Assembly: GCA_000146045.2 (NCBI GenBank)
Contig: BK006945.2
Location: 928,001-992,000 of the forward strand
Direction: 5' to 3'
Length of the DNA: 64,000 nucleotides
From: TPA_inf: Saccharomyces
Lineage: Eukaryota
Under the pieces are notes generated by a model. The model had not been told where the DNA came from. It did not search any database and was given only the letters and a program-made list of their open reading frames with translations. Position 1 is the stretch's first letter; every line of letters begins with the position of its first letter. The translations under genes and the position numbers were made by a program. Below are positions 43,917 through 54,893 of this stretch, piece by piece.

Positions 43917-45170
43917 CTAAGGATTCTTCACGTTGTAATTTAAAGTGTACAGGGAAGAAAAATCGTCAATTTTACCGGGCCAGATTGTCTCAGGAAGATA
44001 AGTTCCATTTTCCGCTATAAAATTCTGACGTTCTTCCTGGTCCTGAGCATCTAAATTCTGCAACTGCTTTTCACAATCTTTCAATATAGTTTTCATTCTG
44101 TTTGCCACATCCTTTCTCCTCTTTGCTTCTAGAACTAAGTTACCGTAGCTTTCTTCAAAATTATCATAAAATTCACAAAGTTCCTTAGTTGTTTGAATAT
44201 CTTGTGTACAGGAATTTTTGAAGCTATCAATCAGATTGGAAATATCTTTAAAGATTAATAGATATTCCAAATTTCTATTGAAATCGTTTATTATTTCAGA
44301 AACTTCGCTGTGTAGTTCTGTCTTTTCCTTTATTTTTGCCTGCAAAAATTGACCCAAGTTAAGAATTGTTTTGTCCACGTCATCAATTACCTCATGCAGA
44401 GTTTTGAAAATGTTGTATAGTTCTTTGTCGTCGCCTTGTACCACCTTAAACAGCTCCTCACGTTCATCGTTATCAATTTTTTTATCTTGTAACAGCAATG
44501 TCTTATCAAAGTGCTGTGTCAATGAATTCATTATCTCTGCTAAATCTTTTTCAAGGTCCGTTAGTTCCCTGCTAAACTGCTCTGCAACATTTGTTTCCAT
44601 CAGGTTATCTATACCAAATTTACTTTGGAATTTTTGAGTTACGTCCGTCAACTTGGTATCAATCAGTTCTTTGTTAACTTTTCTGACCATATTTTCGTAT
44701 TGAAGCTTAATGTTTTCAATTTGACGCTCAATTACTGGCACTTCTTTCAGTTTGTCATTCAATAAGTTAACGTTGTCTCTCGAGATGTAATCTCCTAGTT
44801 TAGAGGGATCGGTATCATCTTTTTCTGATATGCTCAATTCATTTACTATACCATCCAACCTTTGTACTTTAGAAGTGATTTCATATTGCCAGTACTTCAT
44901 CTCATCAACTAAGACCACTAAGACAGCTTGATTCCATTGTTTCTGGATTAGCTTTGTCCCAATGCCTTCCTTTAAAATAGTGTAAAGAAACTTTCCTTGC
45001 TGTCTCAAGCCAACTATTAGAAAATTGAGTTTTGAAATACTCAACTGCCAAGATGACAATTTTTTCTTAATATCTACAATCCTTAAATTAGCACTTGAAC
45101 ATAAAAGTTGAGCATCGGTCAGCGTTTTCCTGGCATTATTAACAAATTTTGTAACATCTGCTTCGTTCAT
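43917..45170 (-). CDS. ATG17: Autophagy scaffold Atg17 (YLR423C), 417 aa
   Basis: 417-aa coiled-coil protein. Synteny between DCK1 and SPP382. Confidence 0.8.
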   Translation of the reverse strand: MNEADVTKFVNNARKTLTDAQLLCSSANLRIVDIKKKLSSWQLSISKLNFLIVGLRQQGKFLYTILKEGIGTKLIQKQWNQAVLVVLVDEMKYWQYEITSKVQRLDGIVNELSISEKDDTDPSKLGDYISRDNVNLLNDKLKEVPVIERQIENIKLQYENMVRKVNKELIDTKLTDVTQKFQSKFGIDNLMETNVAEQFSRELTDLEKDLAEIMNSLTQHFDKTLLLQDKKIDNDEREELFKVVQGDDKELYNIFKTLHEVIDDVDKTILNLGQFLQAKIKEKTELHSEVSEIINDFNRNLEYLLIFKDISNLIDSFKNSCTQDIQTTKELCEFYDNFEESYGNLVLEAKRRKDVANRMKTILKDCEKQLQNLDAQDQEERQNFIAENGTYLPETIWPGKIDDFSSLYTLNYNVKNP

Positions 45171-45394
45171 AGGTGTTAAATACGTTGATAATATCCTCGC
45201 AGTATCGAATTTATCGTACGTTATGCGACTTTCAAATAATTATCAAGTTAGGGATATCTTGCAATTTTTAATACTGAGGCCTTAGAGCGCGCATCTAGTA
45301 TTTACATTATGTCAAAACAATAACAAAAATCCAAAATTTCGAAATAGTACAACCGAGAGAGGTCGAAGAACTTAAGCCTTCAGTACGCCAAAAC

Positions 45395-47521
45395 ATGGAG
45401 GATTCGGACTCCAACACAGATAAAAAGTTCTTTTTCAAAAAAAGAAGAATCGATTCCTATAATTATAGCGATGAGGAAGATAATAATTCAAGCATGAATA
45501 GTGACATGACATACACTAATGATGCCTTGAAAACTAGTAGCGGCAATGCCCCAACGATCTCAAAATTAACGAAGACATATGGTATTGGTGCGAAGTTACT
45601 TTCGAGTATGGGATATGTTGCGGGAAAAGGCCTTGGGAAGGATGGTTCTGGTATAACTACACCAATAGAAACCCAAAGCCGACCTATGCACAATGCAGGT
45701 CTAGGAATGTTTTCAAATACCAACTCCAGTAACTATCACAGTGAAAATGAGGATTACTTGAGCTCTGAGGATGAGGTGGTTGAAGGTATAGAACAAGTCA
45801 AATTCAATAAAACCTCCACGGAGGTTTTAGGCGAAGCGTTGTTAAATGATAGTGGTGATATGACTATAGTGCGAACACTGAGAGAATTGAGGTTAGCAGG
45901 GGTACAATTACCAGAGAGTATCCTAAAAGAATTAGACCCTTTAAATGCAGTACCAAAGCCGAAAAAAGATGTTGTTGTGGAGATATTGCAAGAGCTGCTG
46001 GGTATTGAAAAAAGTTTGGAAGCTATTCGTCAGCGCACCTCTCCGTTAGAAGTGCAAGTCAAAGAATATTATGGACAAGAGAGGCTTCTTTCTGAATTGG
46101 AGGTTACTTTGAGGGACGAAAGCAAGCATGTTTCCCTGTATGATAAGATTGGTGCTATTTTAAAATTGTCCGACGACGAGCTCATAGATAGGCTAACGTC
46201 CTGCTTATTGAGAAAAGAATTACTAATAGAATTTGATTTGGATCATTTAGAAAAGCCAAACGATATACTTGATGAGTTAACGCAAATTATAGAACTACTC
46301 GCATATAGAATGGATACAACTTCGAAATTTTTGAACAGGACACAAACAACAATCTTTAAAGTTATATATCCCAAACTCAAAAAATTTTGGGAAGGGTTTG
46401 ATATGACTAAATCAAAAATCGACAGCGCTATCACCCTATTACTGGATTTCCAACAAGTGCTAAGTTTTATCGGGTGTAAAGAGCATATCATGGAGGAATT
46501 CGTCTATCCAAAGCTATTACAGGAATTAGATAATTGGGAACTTCACGATGAAGTAGACCATGTTTCGCCAAGAATATGGGTCTTGGATTTTATGGTTTTA
46601 ATTGACGATAAGATCAAAGACACAATTGTGGACAAGATTGAAGCAAAATTTTTTGCTTATTGTAAAAATTGGTACCATAGGGAATCATTTTGTATCACTA
46701 ATTCTGATATTATATTTATCAAAGAACTTATCTGCGAACGAAGATATTACAAAATTTTATGTAAAGAGTTTCTTCCTAAATTCCTGGACGAGCTGTGGGA
46801 AAGACATAATGACCCCATCTACGAGTTAGAGGATTGGAAGGAAAAACAGGAATGGAAAGAAAAAGATTCTGGATTTTTCTATTTTATGAAAAAACTGAGA
46901 AGTTATACCCATTATTTTCATCCAAAACAGTATGAATTGATGATGCGGGGAACCTTTAATAATATAAACAAAATACTCTATCAATGGCATCTTTATAGTA
47001 CAGTGGAAGACTTACACAAGTCAAAGTGGTGGCTTAATTGGCTGATGAATACGGTATTTGAGCACTCTTTACCAACAGAAATAGAACTATCGGAGATCAG
47101 AAAAAGCTATAATATATTCGCTATGTCTCATAGGTACCACCTTGATAAATCTACATTAGATGAAGATTTCGATTTGAGACAGGGTTTACGAAACTTAATG
47201 GAAACACAAGTGATCGACGATATTAGTCAAAGCGAACAAGAACCTACCTATACTGTACAAAATATTCCGCTTGGAAAAGTTAGCAGCTCTTTCAAGGATG
47301 TGGTAGAAGACTACTGCCTGGAAAAAGGGTACTTGATCAGCAAAATACCAAATAGGTACACTCAACTGCCATATGGAAGAGACCAAGATTGTATAGTTCC
47401 TTTATTTGAGATCCGAAACGGGAAGAAAAAAATGGAAGTTGCTTTGAAACATGATATTCTTTGGGTGGAGGATTCCAGTGGGACCTTTAAGCCAATTTAT
47501 TTATGGGCCCTTGACCTCTAG
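45395..47521 (+). CDS. SPP382: Spliceosome disassembly factor Ntr1/Spp382 (YLR424W), 708 aa
   Basis: G-patch motif (TYGIGAKLLSSMGYVAGKGLGKDGSGITTPI) at about aa 60-105. 708 aa. Confidence 0.85.
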   Translation: MEDSDSNTDKKFFFKKRRIDSYNYSDEEDNNSSMNSDMTYTNDALKTSSGNAPTISKLTKTYGIGAKLLSSMGYVAGKGLGKDGSGITTPIETQSRPMHNAGLGMFSNTNSSNYHSENEDYLSSEDEVVEGIEQVKFNKTSTEVLGEALLNDSGDMTIVRTLRELRLAGVQLPESILKELDPLNAVPKPKKDVVVEILQELLGIEKSLEAIRQRTSPLEVQVKEYYGQERLLSELEVTLRDESKHVSLYDKIGAILKLSDDELIDRLTSCLLRKELLIEFDLDHLEKPNDILDELTQIIELLAYRMDTTSKFLNRTQTTIFKVIYPKLKKFWEGFDMTKSKIDSAITLLLDFQQVLSFIGCKEHIMEEFVYPKLLQELDNWELHDEVDHVSPRIWVLDFMVLIDDKIKDTIVDKIEAKFFAYCKNWYHRESFCITNSDIIFIKELICERRYYKILCKEFLPKFLDELWERHNDPIYELEDWKEKQEWKEKDSGFFYFMKKLRSYTHYFHPKQYELMMRGTFNNINKILYQWHLYSTVEDLHKSKWWLNWLMNTVFEHSLPTEIELSEIRKSYNIFAMSHRYHLDKSTLDEDFDLRQGLRNLMETQVIDDISQSEQEPTYTVQNIPLGKVSSSFKDVVEDYCLEKGYLISKIPNRYTQLPYGRDQDCIVPLFEIRNGKKKMEVALKHDILWVEDSSGTFKPIYLWALDL

Positions 47522-47982
47522 AAAGTACCTATAAAAGAGGTGAGATAGGCACGATTTATATATTATTGTCGAAAAACAAAATTGATTAGATTACTAAATA
47601 AATAATAATTGCATTACCATTTTTAGACAATGGATTAATTTAAAGTGGAGTCTATTAATTCCCCTTATTTGATAGTTGTTGGTATTTTGCCCTTGAAATG
47701 TTTCCAAAATTTATTGTTTAAACTTTTATACTTCGCTAGACTCTCGTAGTTAGACTGTTAAGAGTTGTGGCAGAAGGAAACGAGTTTCGGATGGGATCAA
47801 AGGACCTTTTTTATATCAAGATCAAATGGAGCTGTTATTTTCCAAGAAAGACAGAAGAAAGCCCGAATGTGGCTAAGTAGTGAGCCTAATCAAGTAGTCA
47901 GCTTCACTTGATATTAGTTTATACGATTACTATTTTAATGGAGTTTTTAGCTCACTAAATAATTTAATGCAAAAAAAATAAA

Positions 47983-48056
47983 CGACCCCAGTGAGGGTTG
48001 AACTCACGATCTTGCGATTAACAGTCGCACGCCTTAACCAACTTGGCCATGGAGTC
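47983..48056 (-). tRNA. tN(GUU): tRNA-Asn (anticodon GUU), 74 nt
   Basis: The reverse complement reads GACTCCATGGCCAAGTTGGTTAAGGCGTGCGACTGTTAATCGCAAGATCGTGAGTTCAACCCTCACTGGGGTCG. It has a cloverleaf with anticodon loop CTGTTAA and an oligo-T terminator downstream (rc of 47971..47979). Confidence 0.9.
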
Positions 48057-48256
48057 TTTTATTTCCGATATCTGCTGAGTTAAAAATTATATAATATTAT
48101 TGATAGCTTCTATCATTGACCTTCAATTACTTATGTTGGAATATCAAAAATGTGAGATTTTTTTTTTCAAATAGTTTTGAAGAATCAGCGAATAATTTGA
48201 TACTTTTTGGGATTCTTGTTAGTAACGGCTATTGTTGGAGTTAAACTTCTTTAAAT

Positions 48257-48588
48257 TTGTAGAGTATGTGGATTTTGATGTAATTGTTGGGATTCCATTG
48301 TGATTAAGGCTATAATATTAGGTATGTAGATATACTAGAAGTTCTCCTCGAGGATTTAGGAATCCATAAAAGGGAATCTGCAATTCTACACAATTCTATA
48401 AATATTATTATCATCATTTTATATGTTAATATTCATTGATCCTATTACATTATCAATCCTTGCGTTTCAGCTTCCACTAATTTAGATGACTATTTCTCAT
48501 CATTTGCGTCATCTTCTAACACCGTATATGATAATATACTAGTAACGTAAATACTAGTTAGTAGATGATAGTTGATTTTTATTCCAAC
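48257..48588 (-). repeat. Ty2 copy 2 3' LTR (delta), 332 bp
   Basis: rc reads TGTTGGAATAAAAATC...CCACATACTCTACA. It differs from its partner LTR at 3 positions. Confidence 0.85.
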
Positions 48589-48611
48589 ATACCACCCATA
48601 ATGTAATAGAT

Positions 48612-51600
48612 CTAATGAATCCATTTGTTAGTTAATAGTTTAAATGTTTTTATCGGAAGAGGTTTTGTCATCACATCAGCAATGTTCTTCTTGGTCTCGA
48701 TGTAGTATACGTATAAATTATTACCTGATACTTCATCTCTAAGTCTCATTGCCTTTGTGCCAAAAAATCTGTTTCTAAATTTCTCTTCATTTATTTCTAG
48801 TTCATCCTGGTCTATATAATGACCTGGTTGACCTGGAGCTCTAAGTTTCTTTCCTTTTGGGTTCAAAGGTACGTTTAGTTTGGGTAATTTTTCTGTCAAG
48901 GATTTTTCCATACCTAATTTCATGTACTTGCTTCTTTGATATTTGATCTCTAATCCAAGTATGTCGTACTGAATTTCGTTATCACCTTCACCCAGATTTA
49001 TTATCTTTGTATCGTATTGTTTCTTGAGTGTTGTTATGATTTTCTTATTTGCATTTAAGTCTTTGCTGAATAATATCATATCATCAACGAATAAGCAAAT
49101 TGTTACTTGACTATTCTTAAATACGCATGACCATCCGCGAACTTCTTGCATGTCGCAACAATTTATTAAATATGATTTAATGGTTTCATACCAGTTTGCA
49201 CCACTTTGTTTCAAACCATAGAGTGATTTTCTCAAACGTAGTAACTTATCATTCAAACCTAAATGTGGTGGAGGTCTTATGTATAATTCTTCTTTGATAT
49301 CAGCATATAAGTAAGCAGAGGATATGTCCAGCTGTGTGATATAATAGTCATTGTCTAATGCGATTGACAATGACGTCATCAGTGCATAGTGATGTACGGT
49401 ATTGGATTGCATATCAGAATCATATGTATCGGGGTGTTGAATGTCGCTTCTTGCAACAAATCTAGCTTTGTGTGTACCATCACGTTTCTTGTTAAATATA
49501 AACATTGAGTTTATTACTTTTTTAGGATCTATGTCATTTCTATCATAATATTTGTTTGTATCCCAAGTGTTCATTTTCAATAGTTGGCTAATTTCTTTAT
49601 GATAAGCTTCAACATATCTGTCTTTTTCTTTGTTGTCTTTATTATATGTAATTGCTTCATCATATCTTAAGGTCGTTCGAACTGGTTTGATCGATTTCAC
49701 TCCTTTTATTGCTGCAATTAAATTTATGCGTTTCTTCGATCTTGGTGGTTCCAGACTTCTCATATTCTTATTATTCCATGTGTCTCGGGATACCTCAATT
49801 TCAGTTTCATTATCTTCTAATGATCTTTTCTTACTTTTGGTAGTAGTCAGAACATTAGAATCATCCATACCACCCAAACTGGAATTAGTCTGACGAGAGT
49901 GTATGTGTGGAATATCTTTTGAAACATCAGAAGTGTCCGTAGGAGATTTATGGGTTAAGTCAGGAAGTGGGAGGTCGTCAAGAATAGAATCAGCCGTAAC
50001 ATTTTTTGAGGATTTGTCAGGCATTATATTAGGAGTCGCATGGTCAGAAGATCGATATTCTGGCGGATCCGTATCAATGGAGGGTGTATTATCACATACA
50101 GCCTTTGTTTCTATGGAGATGATGGGAGTAGTGGATTCACTGTTGGACGAACGGTCATCTATTGAGGGCGTACTATTTGTAGTCCTGTATTTGATATTTG
50201 TATCACTATTTCGTTGAATATATGGTTCCTCCGTACCACCCAAACGTGTAGTTTTGATGTTTTCAAGTCCATAATTAACTCTATCCTGTGAGGTCAAATC
50301 AATCATCTCATTGGTACTACCAGGTCGGTTTTGGTTTCGTGCAGTGAAGGTAGACGAGTGTCTAGGTGAAGTAGTATCTGATTCAACGGTACCACCCATT
50401 TCGGTACTCTCTTTATTAATGATATGGGGTGTACGAGATCGTATAGTAGATGGAAGAATATTGTATTCAGATATGTCGGCATCAACTTCTTTTGGTGCAC
50501 GTACTTTTTGGACTGGTTCCTTGTCTAATTGTAAAGGGTTTATTGATTGGGACGAGAAGTCGTTCACTAGAGGATCAGAGTTTATTTCAATCTCCGATTG
50601 ATAGTCATGATCAGATTCTTTATTTTGATCATATGACTGCTCTGTTTCATTTTGTTCAATAAAAGATTGGTTATGGGCTGTTAAACGATTGAGATCATCA
50701 TCAAAAGTGAGTGTATCGTAGTCGAACTGGTCCAATTTCGTTTGCTTGTTTTGTAATATAACGTAATTGGTAGTATCTACTGTCTTTTTTAAGGATGGAA
50801 GATAGATAATATAGCCATAAGAGTTTCGTGATGGATGTAAGGCGTAACCTGGAATGCCACGAGGATGTATTTTCGAGTCGGGATTATGGTTGTTAACTAT
50901 AACCGGTTGACCGAAAGGTAGTATAGTAGTAATGTCCAGTCCAGCTAAACCTGCATGTTGTCTTGCAGATTTATCGTTTTTTGGTGAGACTAATGAATTT
51001 CTGATTATAGTAGAAAATTCGACTGCTGAGAACCATAGATGATTTGGTAGACCACTGCAATGAAGCAGTGTGCGACAATCGTTTAATAAAGTACGATTTA
51101 ATCGTTCAGCGACACCGTGTGCTCTAGAATCTGCCGTGGTTGTATAGCATGCAGTAATACCTCTGTTCGTAAAGAACTTATGAAGAGTTTTGTTAGTGTA
51201 CTCGGAGCCACGATCCATCTGGATAACTAGAACGCGAGCATTGAATTGGTTCTTAATAAATGCTAATATCGATGTAAAAACATTGAGGATAGATTCTTCA
51301 CGACGGTCGTGTAATGGGTACACCCATTGGAATCTGGTTTTCTCATCTGTAAACGATATAAAGTAAGAAGGTGCACTTTTCGGTAAGTGATGTACAGGAC
51401 CAAATATATCGGTATGCAAGTACTGAAAAGGCTCATATGATTCTTGGTACTTTAGTCGTGATCCTTTGACATGCCTATGTTTCGTGCTTTTGCCGATTAG
51501 ACAGTCAGGACATTGATATGTGCTAGCGTTAGACCATTCAATATCCGATTCTTTCAAATATGTAACTGCATTCTTCTTAAGAGACTTCTGAATACTTCGG

Positions 51601-52136
51601 AAGTTAGCATGTCCAAGCATTCGATGTATTAACGGATATGGATATTTATTTACGCTTTTGCTTTTGTTGACGTTGTTTATTGTTAGCTTTGAAATGTGCG
51701 AAGGAATTAGGTATTTTTTAGATAACCAGTAAAAGTCTCCATGTTTGACTATGGGAGCTAGTACTGTACCATCCGATCTTTCTAAAGTGTTTCTGGTAAA
51801 GCAGGCAGTAATATTTTGGTTAGCCAGCTCACTCAAACTTAATAGATCATAGGCTATGTTTGGTGTGTGTAGTGCTTTTATTGATGTTTTGGTGCCGTTC
51901 TGAAAGTTGAAGTGAAGATTACCAATGGCATTTATAGGAATGTCTTGTTTTTGAGCATCGACTATGTTTATTTCAGAATTGGGTGTTGCATGGTGTAAAT
52001 AATGGGCTGATCTGACAAGCGTTTGCGAAGCTCCTGAATCAATAAGAAGGTGATCAGGTAGTTCGTCATTCGAGTCTATTGTGCGTGTTGGCTTAGATTC
52101 TTTCTGTTGCTGGCCTAAGACTAAGTTCGTTGTCAT
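48612..52136 (-). CDS. Ty2 Pol (TYB) of copy 2, 1174 aa. In-frame deletion of 172 codons removes the RNase H catalytic core.
   Basis: Collinear with copy 1 TYB except ...DQDELEI[172 aa missing]NEEKFRN.... The protease, integrase and RT regions are intact. Confidence 0.85.
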   Translation of the reverse strand: MTTNLVLGQQQKESKPTRTIDSNDELPDHLLIDSGASQTLVRSAHYLHHATPNSEINIVDAQKQDIPINAIGNLHFNFQNGTKTSIKALHTPNIAYDLLSLSELANQNITACFTRNTLERSDGTVLAPIVKHGDFYWLSKKYLIPSHISKLTINNVNKSKSVNKYPYPLIHRMLGHANFRSIQKSLKKNAVTYLKESDIEWSNASTYQCPDCLIGKSTKHRHVKGSRLKYQESYEPFQYLHTDIFGPVHHLPKSAPSYFISFTDEKTRFQWVYPLHDRREESILNVFTSILAFIKNQFNARVLVIQMDRGSEYTNKTLHKFFTNRGITACYTTTADSRAHGVAERLNRTLLNDCRTLLHCSGLPNHLWFSAVEFSTIIRNSLVSPKNDKSARQHAGLAGLDITTILPFGQPVIVNNHNPDSKIHPRGIPGYALHPSRNSYGYIIYLPSLKKTVDTTNYVILQNKQTKLDQFDYDTLTFDDDLNRLTAHNQSFIEQNETEQSYDQNKESDHDYQSEIEINSDPLVNDFSSQSINPLQLDKEPVQKVRAPKEVDADISEYNILPSTIRSRTPHIINKESTEMGGTVESDTTSPRHSSTFTARNQNRPGSTNEMIDLTSQDRVNYGLENIKTTRLGGTEEPYIQRNSDTNIKYRTTNSTPSIDDRSSNSESTTPIISIETKAVCDNTPSIDTDPPEYRSSDHATPNIMPDKSSKNVTADSILDDLPLPDLTHKSPTDTSDVSKDIPHIHSRQTNSSLGGMDDSNVLTTTKSKKRSLEDNETEIEVSRDTWNNKNMRSLEPPRSKKRINLIAAIKGVKSIKPVRTTLRYDEAITYNKDNKEKDRYVEAYHKEISQLLKMNTWDTNKYYDRNDIDPKKVINSMFIFNKKRDGTHKARFVARSDIQHPDTYDSDMQSNTVHHYALMTSLSIALDNDYYITQLDISSAYLYADIKEELYIRPPPHLGLNDKLLRLRKSLYGLKQSGANWYETIKSYLINCCDMQEVRGWSCVFKNSQVTICLFVDDMILFSKDLNANKKIITTLKKQYDTKIINLGEGDNEIQYDILGLEIKYQRSKYMKLGMEKSLTEKLPKLNVPLNPKGKKLRAPGQPGHYIDQDELEINEEKFRNRFFGTKAMRLRDEVSGNNLYVYYIETKKNIADVMTKPLPIKTFKLLTNKWIH

Positions 52137-53409
52137 CGCTTAAGTATTGTGATGAAACGGTTGATTCATTAATGTGATCATTGTTCACCCTTGAGAATTT
52201 ACTGGATGTAGCAATATTGTGAGCTTTTGCTGCTCTTGGTTTTGAACTATTTGTTCTATGATAATTACGAGTTGTAACCTTCGTGTTAGTCGTGTTTGGA
52301 GATGTGCGAGAAACATTTTTGTATTCGCTGTGTTGTTTGTATTGGGACGGTTTATTTAGATTCATGATTTTATTTTCGTCATATATTAATTGAATTTCAG
52401 CGAATAATTGGGAAAGTTTCATGTTCGTTTTGGTACGATATTGATTACGTAGGTATTTGAAATCACCGGATAGACCTTTAAGTATTAGTTGACAGGCCAA
52501 TCTGTCGCTAACATTGATATTGTTTTCTTTTAGCCTTTGAATGATCGTGCTGACTGTAATTTCAAATGTATCAGCAGATGTACTTCCGTTGTACTCAAGG
52601 TTGGCAAGAGCTATCCAATCTTTTAATTCTTGATTGTTAGTTTGCATTTTGGACACACTTTTACAAAGGACAGTAAGGATGTCAGAATAATTAATTTCTA
52701 AAATTTGTTTTACCCATGTTGGCAATAAATGAAATGGGGCAAATGCTTGGAAGGTATTGTATATATACGCATGTTCTTCATAAGTCATTTGTCTTTTGAT
52801 TTCACCCTGGTCATTTGGAATAATGTCACCGAGATTAGAGTTCTTCAAAAATCTGATGTAAAATTTAACCCATGTAGAAAAGTTTTCTTCTGATGTTAAA
52901 GTGTGTGGTGGTAAGACATTATTTCTCACCTTTGTCTTAGCTTGAGGTACTTCAGAGTGTTGATCCTGTGAATCGATTGGATCAGGTGAGGAAGTACTCA
53001 GCGGTGGGATATACTGTGGCAGCGGATAGTGTGGGTCCGGTTGATAATACGCAGGTGACGTTTGATAATGTGAACACGTCATCATAGATGGTTGTTGGTA
53101 ATGTGCCCAGTTAGAAGCCATAGCTTTGTTTGGGGTCATCATGCCGTGCTGTTGGTACTGTCCATTCTGTGGAGGTGGTACTGAAGCAGGTTGAGGAGAG
53201 ACATGATGATGGTTCTCTGGAACAGCTGATGTCCCAGGTGTTGTCTCTTCTTGAGAATTAACCTTAGTGGAATCTCTATCAAATTCCGGTAAATTGGAAG
53301 CTGAAACGGCTAACGGATCTTGATTTGATGGGACTTCCTTAGAAGTAACCGAAGCATAGGCGCTACCATGTAGAGAATGTGGATTTTGATGTAATTGTTG
53401 GGATTCCAT
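52093..53409 (-). CDS. Ty2 Gag (TYA) of copy 2, 438 aa
   Basis: About 98 percent identical to copy 1 TYA. Confidence 0.9.
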   Translation of the reverse strand: MESQQLHQNPHSLHGSAYASVTSKEVPSNQDPLAVSASNLPEFDRDSTKVNSQEETTPGTSAVPENHHHVSPQPASVPPPQNGQYQQHGMMTPNKAMASNWAHYQQPSMMTCSHYQTSPAYYQPDPHYPLPQYIPPLSTSSPDPIDSQDQHSEVPQAKTKVRNNVLPPHTLTSEENFSTWVKFYIRFLKNSNLGDIIPNDQGEIKRQMTYEEHAYIYNTFQAFAPFHLLPTWVKQILEINYSDILTVLCKSVSKMQTNNQELKDWIALANLEYNGSTSADTFEITVSTIIQRLKENNINVSDRLACQLILKGLSGDFKYLRNQYRTKTNMKLSQLFAEIQLIYDENKIMNLNKPSQYKQHSEYKNVSRTSPNTTNTKVTTRNYHRTNSSKPRAAKAHNIATSSKFSRVNNDHINESTVSSQYLSDDNELSLRPATERI

Positions 53410-53700
53410 TGTGATTAAGGCTATAATATTAGGTATGTAGATATACTAGAAGTTCTCCTCAAGGATTTAGGAATCCATAAAAGGGAATCTGCAATTCTAC
53501 ACAATTCTATAAATATTATTATCATCGTTTTATATGTTAATATTCATTGATCCTATTACATTATCAATCCTTGCGTTTCAGCTTCCACTAATTTAGATGA
53601 CTATTTCTCATCATTTGCGTCATCTTCTAACACCGTATATGATAATATACTAGTAACGTAAATACTAGTTAGTAGATGATAGTTGATTTTTATTCCAACA
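53369..53700 (-). repeat. Ty2 copy 2 5' LTR (delta), 332 bp
   Basis: rc reads TGTTGGAATAAAAATC...CCACATTCTCTACA, followed by the PBS. It contains the TYA ATG. Confidence 0.85.
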
Positions 53701-54893
53701 GGTTCACACGAAGATTGAAAGTGTGGCCACGCTAATTTAGTTTATTAGGGAAATGCTCCTGGTCAGTTCTAATTCACCCAACGTAGCGCGGAATATTTTA
53801 AAGTTAATATAGTATTTCGATATGACAAGCACCTCTAAACAAAAGGTTATTTTCGCTTTTGTTCATTGAGCGTGTACTTCAAGCCTGATCCTGCTTTTTC
53901 TTCTGATTTGATCTGATTCGATTAAGCAAGCGGTACTACCCTAAAACCGCCATCTGTTGTAATATAGTAACGTCGCAATAAACCTGTCATATAATTAGCA
54001 GCTAATCCTTATATTCCATCTCCTCAATTTGTGATATTTATCGTATATAATTCCCATTTCAGACCGTCATTTAGTAGTAGGCATCTAACTATGGAACGGC
54101 TTTACCCGATCTTGGTATGTATGCCATAATGTACTACCGCTATCGATTTACCTTAACCCTAACGAGTGTCTCTAGCCAGTATTTTAAACTTCCATATCAC
54201 AACTAATGTTGAAGATTGTATAATAAAAACATCAAGCTATTTAATAGATGCGATTAATCTCCTAATCGAAAACAGTTTGTTCGGTGTCCAAATACTGTTT
54301 TAGTGGACTATGATAAACGTTATAACAGCTATTTTGACTAAAACAACCGTAAATTTACACAGATAGGTGTTCACAGTAATTTTTTGGGGAGTTAGGTCGA
54401 AATCTTTTCCAAAACCAGTCATGCAAAGGAAATGCGTCAACTTTTGGGGACTTTTCCCCTACTCAAACACAGTTAGTCAACATTTAAAGGTTGTGTCTTT
54501 ACTTAAGAGAAAATTAACTGAGCTTCGGTCATACATACGTAATTTCGCTGCTTCCAGTCGAGCAGTTGGTGCGCTATAATCATTTGATGTTTTTAGCTTA
54601 CGGCTTCTTAAGATTTTCTATTGTTCATACTGACTCGTCGCATAGGCCGCAATATAAATCATTTAGAGAAAACGTTAACACATCGTTTAGGTAAACAACC
54701 CCTAGAGAGGATGATCAGTACGCAATATAACTGTTCAAAATCCATTTCTTGCATCAATATTTTATTCAACTATTATTTCTGGAGGTTTTAGTGGTTCTGT
54801 ATACCCCCTCCAGCCACTGTTATGAACAATTAATTGATACTACTTCGAATATAAACATTAAAACAAAAAACTTATTGAGTGCAGCAAGTTAAC

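Larger units (their letters stand above)
48257..53700 (-). mobile_element. Ty2 retrotransposon copy 2 (YLRCTy2-2-like), 5444 bp, with an internal in-frame 516-bp deletion in the RNase H region. No matching target-site duplication.
   Basis: 332-bp delta LTRs at 48257..48588 and 53369..53700. PBS (rc GGCGCTACCA 53359..53368) and PPT (rc TACCACCCA 48589..48597). TYA 438 aa and TYB 1174 aa (versus 1346 aa in copy 1), overlapping by 44 nt with frameshift site rc GCCTAAG at 52113..52119. Confidence 0.9.

Noticed and set aside
48138-48256. TGTTGGAATA at 48138 as the start of another delta
   Set aside because: Only the first 10 nt match delta, and the rest diverges immediately. It could be chance or a heavily truncated remnant, and is not callable.
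53957-54350. Possible sigma or tau LTR beginning TGTTGTAATATAG
   Set aside because: I could not find a matching inverted terminus (CAACA) at sigma (340 bp), tau (371 bp) or delta (332 bp) spacing. There is no internal similarity to the sigma or delta sequences I know. It is left as an unassigned AT-rich segment.
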